Origin: Gammaproteobacteria bacterium
GTDB lineage: Bacteria; Pseudomonadota; Gammaproteobacteria; Eutrophobiales; Eutrophobiaceae
Direction: 5' to 3'
NCBI GenBank assembly: GCA_963422205.2
Contig: CAXMWX010000003.1
Location: forward strand, 128,001-192,000
DNA: 64,000 bases
The notes below the pieces were generated by a model. It was given only the letters and a program-made list of their open reading frames with translations, was not told where the DNA came from and searched no databases. The position numbers and the translations under genes are program-made. Below, piece after piece: positions 60,580-64,000 of the stretch (positions are counted from its first letter, which is position 1; the number at the start of each line of letters is the position of its first letter).

Positions 60580-60704
60580 TTTGCATGATAGCGCGGGCGC
60601 CCCCTGTGTCAAACGGTGTTGTAAAAATAGACAAGCCAGGTGTTGATTTAAAGTGCAAGTAATGTAAGCAGTTAGGCTGTTTGCGAGAGATTTATCCTCG
60701 CATT

Positions 60705-60723
60705 GTTGTAGAAAAGCAACGGG
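60705..60723 (+). repeat. 19-bp direct repeat, copy 1
   Basis: GTTGTAGAAAAGCAACGGG, identical at 62581-62599. Confidence 0.8.
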
Positions 60724-61008
60724 GTTCGGGTGGGTCGGCGGCGTGGGCATTGTTCATAAGTACGGAGTCTGCCGCAGGCTCGGCAACGGCTAAGGTCGGG
60801 GATGGGCTTTATCGTACATCAGCTAAAGTGGGTGTTTAGGATTCGCCTCTGTTGACCAGAGCGTCCTTTGTGCGTGATTTTTTCGTCTGATTTTTGTCGG
60901 TGGCTTGACTATAATTTAACCATTATGGTTAAAGTTCCTGCTGGTGGCCATAGACATTTTTGAATTGGAGTGTTGCACGATGATCAATAAAGTGATTTTT
61001 CATGATGT

Positions 61009-61806
61009 ATGGTTCCAGATTTTATTGGGAGGTTACATGTGGTGGATGAATTAGGATTAGTAGAGTTTATTCTCATCAGTGTCACGCTGGGCGCTGCTAT
61101 TCTGGGTACTATTTCGAATCCTGGGAGAAATATAAAGATAGCCTTAATTAGTTTGGCAATCTTGGCTTCAATCGCTACATTAATTAAAACCTCTTCGACC
61201 GCGAAAGAAAACAGCATCAACAAAAAACTGATTATCGCTTTAGTGCAAGCCAGCAATCCACCTCTATATTTTTCTCATGATCTGGTTAAGGAACTTTCTC
61301 CACTAGTCAAAAGTAGTTATAAAAAATATGTATCGGGGCAAACAATAGAGGAAGACTCTGGTGAAAGAATATTTATGTTCAGCGATGTTAATGGGGATAG
61401 CGATGATGTAACCGGATTATTGTATGTCTCGAAAAAGGCGATGGGGCCTGTGTATTACGCATATGCCACTGGGGAATCTGTGGGAGATCAGCTAAACGAA
61501 ATACTATCAAGTAAATGGGCCGACTGTCACTCTCATTGGAATCAATGTCTGAACGAACTGTCGGCAATCTCAAAGATGGCATTGGAGTTAGCGCCGATTG
61601 CAATATCTGAAACAACATCATCAATGGATGGAAGCCCACCAACGTTCGAAATAGTATCCGATGAGGCTTTTCAAGGGGAGCCGATAAAAATTGTTTTGGG
61701 GCAAGAATTTATCGAAAGCCTGTATGGCTTAAACTCACTGGACAGGGGCTTGAAAATATTACAGGAAAGTCAAAAATATATTATTGACCATATGCGACCA
61801 GAGTAA
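61009..61806 (+). CDS. AT-rich hypothetical protein with two N-terminal TM helices
   Basis: 265-aa ORF with hydrophobic FILISVTLGAAILG and IALISLAILASIATL segments. No recognised motif; start codon uncertain. Confidence 0.75.
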   Translation: MVPDFIGRLHVVDELGLVEFILISVTLGAAILGTISNPGRNIKIALISLAILASIATLIKTSSTAKENSINKKLIIALVQASNPPLYFSHDLVKELSPLVKSSYKKYVSGQTIEEDSGERIFMFSDVNGDSDDVTGLLYVSKKAMGPVYYAYATGESVGDQLNEILSSKWADCHSHWNQCLNELSAISKMALELAPIAISETTSSMDGSPPTFEIVSDEAFQGEPIKIVLGQEFIESLYGLNSLDRGLKILQESQKYIIDHMRPE

Positions 61807-62235
61807 GCCACCCTTACATTGGTAGCTTAAATAAATCCTACGACAATGTGAGAAACGGCAGAAGTAGCCCTAGATGAAATCAAGACTAACCAGTGAAATT
61901 TTAACTATTGCGCCATCTGATAAGTAGTTAGCCGTTGCCGCTGTCATAATGATTGGAATGACGAATGCATTATTCCATTCTATAGTTTTCCTCACCATAC
62001 CGCCCTAAAAAAGTGACACGCTTTTATAATAGCCTCCCCTAAAACTCTGTTAGCGTTCGGATCATGTCCCAGCATTATTGTCTCGCCCTGAACGTTGAGC
62101 AGGATGGCGGCATCCCTGCCTGATGGCCGCTGATCCCGACGAGTCGCTGGGCATTGCTGGTTAAGGAAACAGTGTCTTGGGGGCACGATTGGGGTTGCAA
62201 GCCGCCTCACTGACAGCAGCCGGTTTGAGGGCAGC

Positions 62236-62436
62236 TTGAGTGGGGCGAGTTTCAGCTATGCCAGTGATGAGGATAAGAGCGTGCATAGCCTGTATGTGGG
62301 TGTGGATGGTCGGCATCAACTCAGTGATACGGTAAGTCTCCTGGTGGATGTGGAGTACAGCCATGATGCCGGGGAAGTCAGCGATCGTGCCTTGAGTGGT
62401 CTCATTTGGTTAGGGTATGCGTGTATCAATGACTAG
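62236..62436 (+). pseudogene. Possible remnant of an outer-membrane beta-barrel C-terminus
   Basis: Alternating amphipathic strands (SLYVGVDGRHQLSDTVSLLVDVEYS...IWLGY). No upstream ORF. Confidence 0.35.
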
Positions 62437-62580
62437 GCGGCAGTGCCAGGGCTTTGCTGGTGCTGGGTCGAGTTGATGGACTGGGTTAGTAGTCCCGGCT
62501 AATGAGCATGGCTAATGATTGAGGCTGGCAGCATGTCTGTACACCCGCCATGACAGTCAGATAAGCCATCAGGCTGCCCA

Positions 62581-62599
62581 GTTGTAGAAAAGCAACGGG
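62581..62599 (+). repeat. 19-bp direct repeat, copy 2
   Basis: Identical to 60705-60723. Confidence 0.8.
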
Positions 62600-62687
62600 A
62601 TTTAGCGAGAAGCGGAGAGGCGAAGGGCGCACGGTGGTGGCGTGGACAGCTACCCCCTGCGGTTGATTTCAGGCCGACAGGTGTGAC

Positions 62688-64000
62688 CTAGAACTGTGCC
62701 ACATCCAGCGCCATGACGGCCTCGCTGCCTGCGGTGATGGTGGTCAGATAGCCCGTTGTTCGGGGCAAGAAATGCTCGGCATAGAACCTGGCGGTGATCA
62801 CTTTGCTGCGGTTAAACAGGCTGTCATCCTGGGCGGCTATAGCGGCGGCCCGGGCCATTTGCCAGCCACCGCACACCGTCCCCATGAGCATGAGAAAATT
62901 CACGGCGACCGAGCCGGCGACATGATAATCGTCTTGGAAGTTTGCCAGCACCCATTGACAGGCAGCGTCCAGATCGTCTATGGCCGCTTGAAGCCGGGCG
63001 GCGATGATCTTCAGCGCGGTATCTCGGCTATCAAGCGCCGTCTGCACAGCGCGCATCTCGGCCAGCAGTGCGGTCACAGCCTTGCCATTGTCACGGATGA
63101 TTTTCCGACCGATCAAGTCCTGTGCCTGGATGCCGGTCGTGCCTTCGTAGATGCTGATGATGCGGGCATCACGGTAGTGTTGGGCAGCGCCGGTCTCCTC
63201 CACATAACCCATGCCGCCATGCACCTGAATACCGAGGCTGGTCAACTCCTGGGCCAATTCGCTCGACCAGCCCTTCACCACGGGCGTCAGCAGGGCAAAG
63301 CGCATGGCGTGATGTTCTTTGTCCTCATCCGGTTCGGCATGGTGCATGATATCCAGCGAAGCGGCGGTGACATAGGCCAGCGCCCGCATGGCCTCGGTAC
63401 CGGCCCGCATGAACATCAGCATGCGCCTGACATCGGCATGGTCTATGATCAGCGCCCGCCCCTGCTTGCCTGGGGTGCGCCCCTGCTGCCGGTCTTTGGC
63501 GTAGTGTCGCGCCTGCTGATAGGCGCGCTCGCTGATGCTCAAGCCCTGGATACCGACAGCAATGCGGGCATGGTTCATCATGGTGAACATGCAGCCAATG
63601 CCATCGTGCAGCTCGCCCACCAGATAACCCACGGCACCGCCGTTATCGCCATAGCTCATGACACAGGTCGGGCTGGCATGGATCCCCAGCTTGTGTTCAA
63701 TGGACACCGGATAGACATCATTGCGCTTACCCGGGCTGCCATCGGCATTGAGCAGAAACTTGGGCACCAGAAATAAAGAAATCCCCTTGATGCCGGGCGG
63801 GGCCTCCGGTGTTCTGGCCAGCACCAGATGCATGATGTTATCGGTGAGATCATGATCGCCCCAGGTGATATAGATCTTCTGCCCGCTAATCAGGTAATGC
63901 TCGCCTTCGGGAACGGCACGGGTCTTGACCGCCGCCAGGTCTGAACCGGCCTGGGGTTCGGTCAGGTTCATGGTGCCTGTCCATTCGCCCGTCACCAGCT
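62688..64000 (-). CDS. Acyl-CoA dehydrogenase (DmdC-like long form), 5' end outside the window
   Basis: GTMNLTEPQAGSDL, EHKLGIHASPT, MFTMMNHAR, QVHGGMGY and IYEGTTGIQA motifs. Confidence 0.93.
   Translation of the reverse strand, partial: LVTGEWTGTMNLTEPQAGSDLAAVKTRAVPEGEHYLISGQKIYITWGDHDLTDNIMHLVLARTPEAPPGIKGISLFLVPKFLLNADGSPGKRNDVYPVSIEHKLGIHASPTCVMSYGDNGGAVGYLVGELHDGIGCMFTMMNHARIAVGIQGLSISERAYQQARHYAKDRQQGRTPGKQGRALIIDHADVRRMLMFMRAGTEAMRALAYVTAASLDIMHHAEPDEDKEHHAMRFALLTPVVKGWSSELAQELTSLGIQVHGGMGYVEETGAAQHYRDARIISIYEGTTGIQAQDLIGRKIIRDNGKAVTALLAEMRAVQTALDSRDTALKIIAARLQAAIDDLDAACQWVLANFQDDYHVAGSVAVNFLMLMGTVCGGWQMARAAAIAAQDDSLFNRSKVITARFYAEHFLPRTTGYLTTITAGSEAVMALDVAQF

Overview
A GC-rich proteobacterial chromosome segment, most likely gammaproteobacterial. 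Scattered pseudogenes suggest, but do not prove, a host-associated lineage. Positions 1-28.7 kb are mostly housekeeping genes: yfgM-[AT-rich insert]-bamB-der, a redoxin, a gamma-carbonic anhydrase, mnmG-rsmG, MoxR/DUF58/transglutaminase, pmbA, uvrD (frameshifted in a T6 run), DctP, cytochrome c5, an MFS, dsbA, System II cytochrome c biogenesis genes, cytochrome c4, engB, a thermonuclease, rpmE, an SDR and a thiolase. The non-coding gap after engB holds a candidate sigmaE-driven sRNA at the Spot42/ErsA position and a DARS-like DnaA-box cluster. Positions 29-60.5 kb form a large accessory uptake/catabolic region built largely from uncharacterised families: 2 DUF1838-like proteins, 3 VOC proteins, a secreted CpcT/CpeT-like protein, a DUF4437-like cupin, alpha/beta-fold proteins lacking the catalytic Ser, a FAD oxidase, 2 alkenal reductases, a Tat amine oxidase, spinster-type MFS transporters and TonB-dependent receptors. 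Three of its promoters share a TGTTATA-N4-TATAACA-like palindrome, and this region is the best candidate for an undescribed system. Embedded in it are a decayed TBDR-deaminase-MFS cassette, a tandem Uma2 duplication and a low-GC insert; a second low-GC insert lies just beyond it. The window ends inside an acyl-CoA dehydrogenase. I recognised no rRNA, tRNA, CRISPR array or intact transposase. All family calls come from motif recognition by eye; no database search was run.
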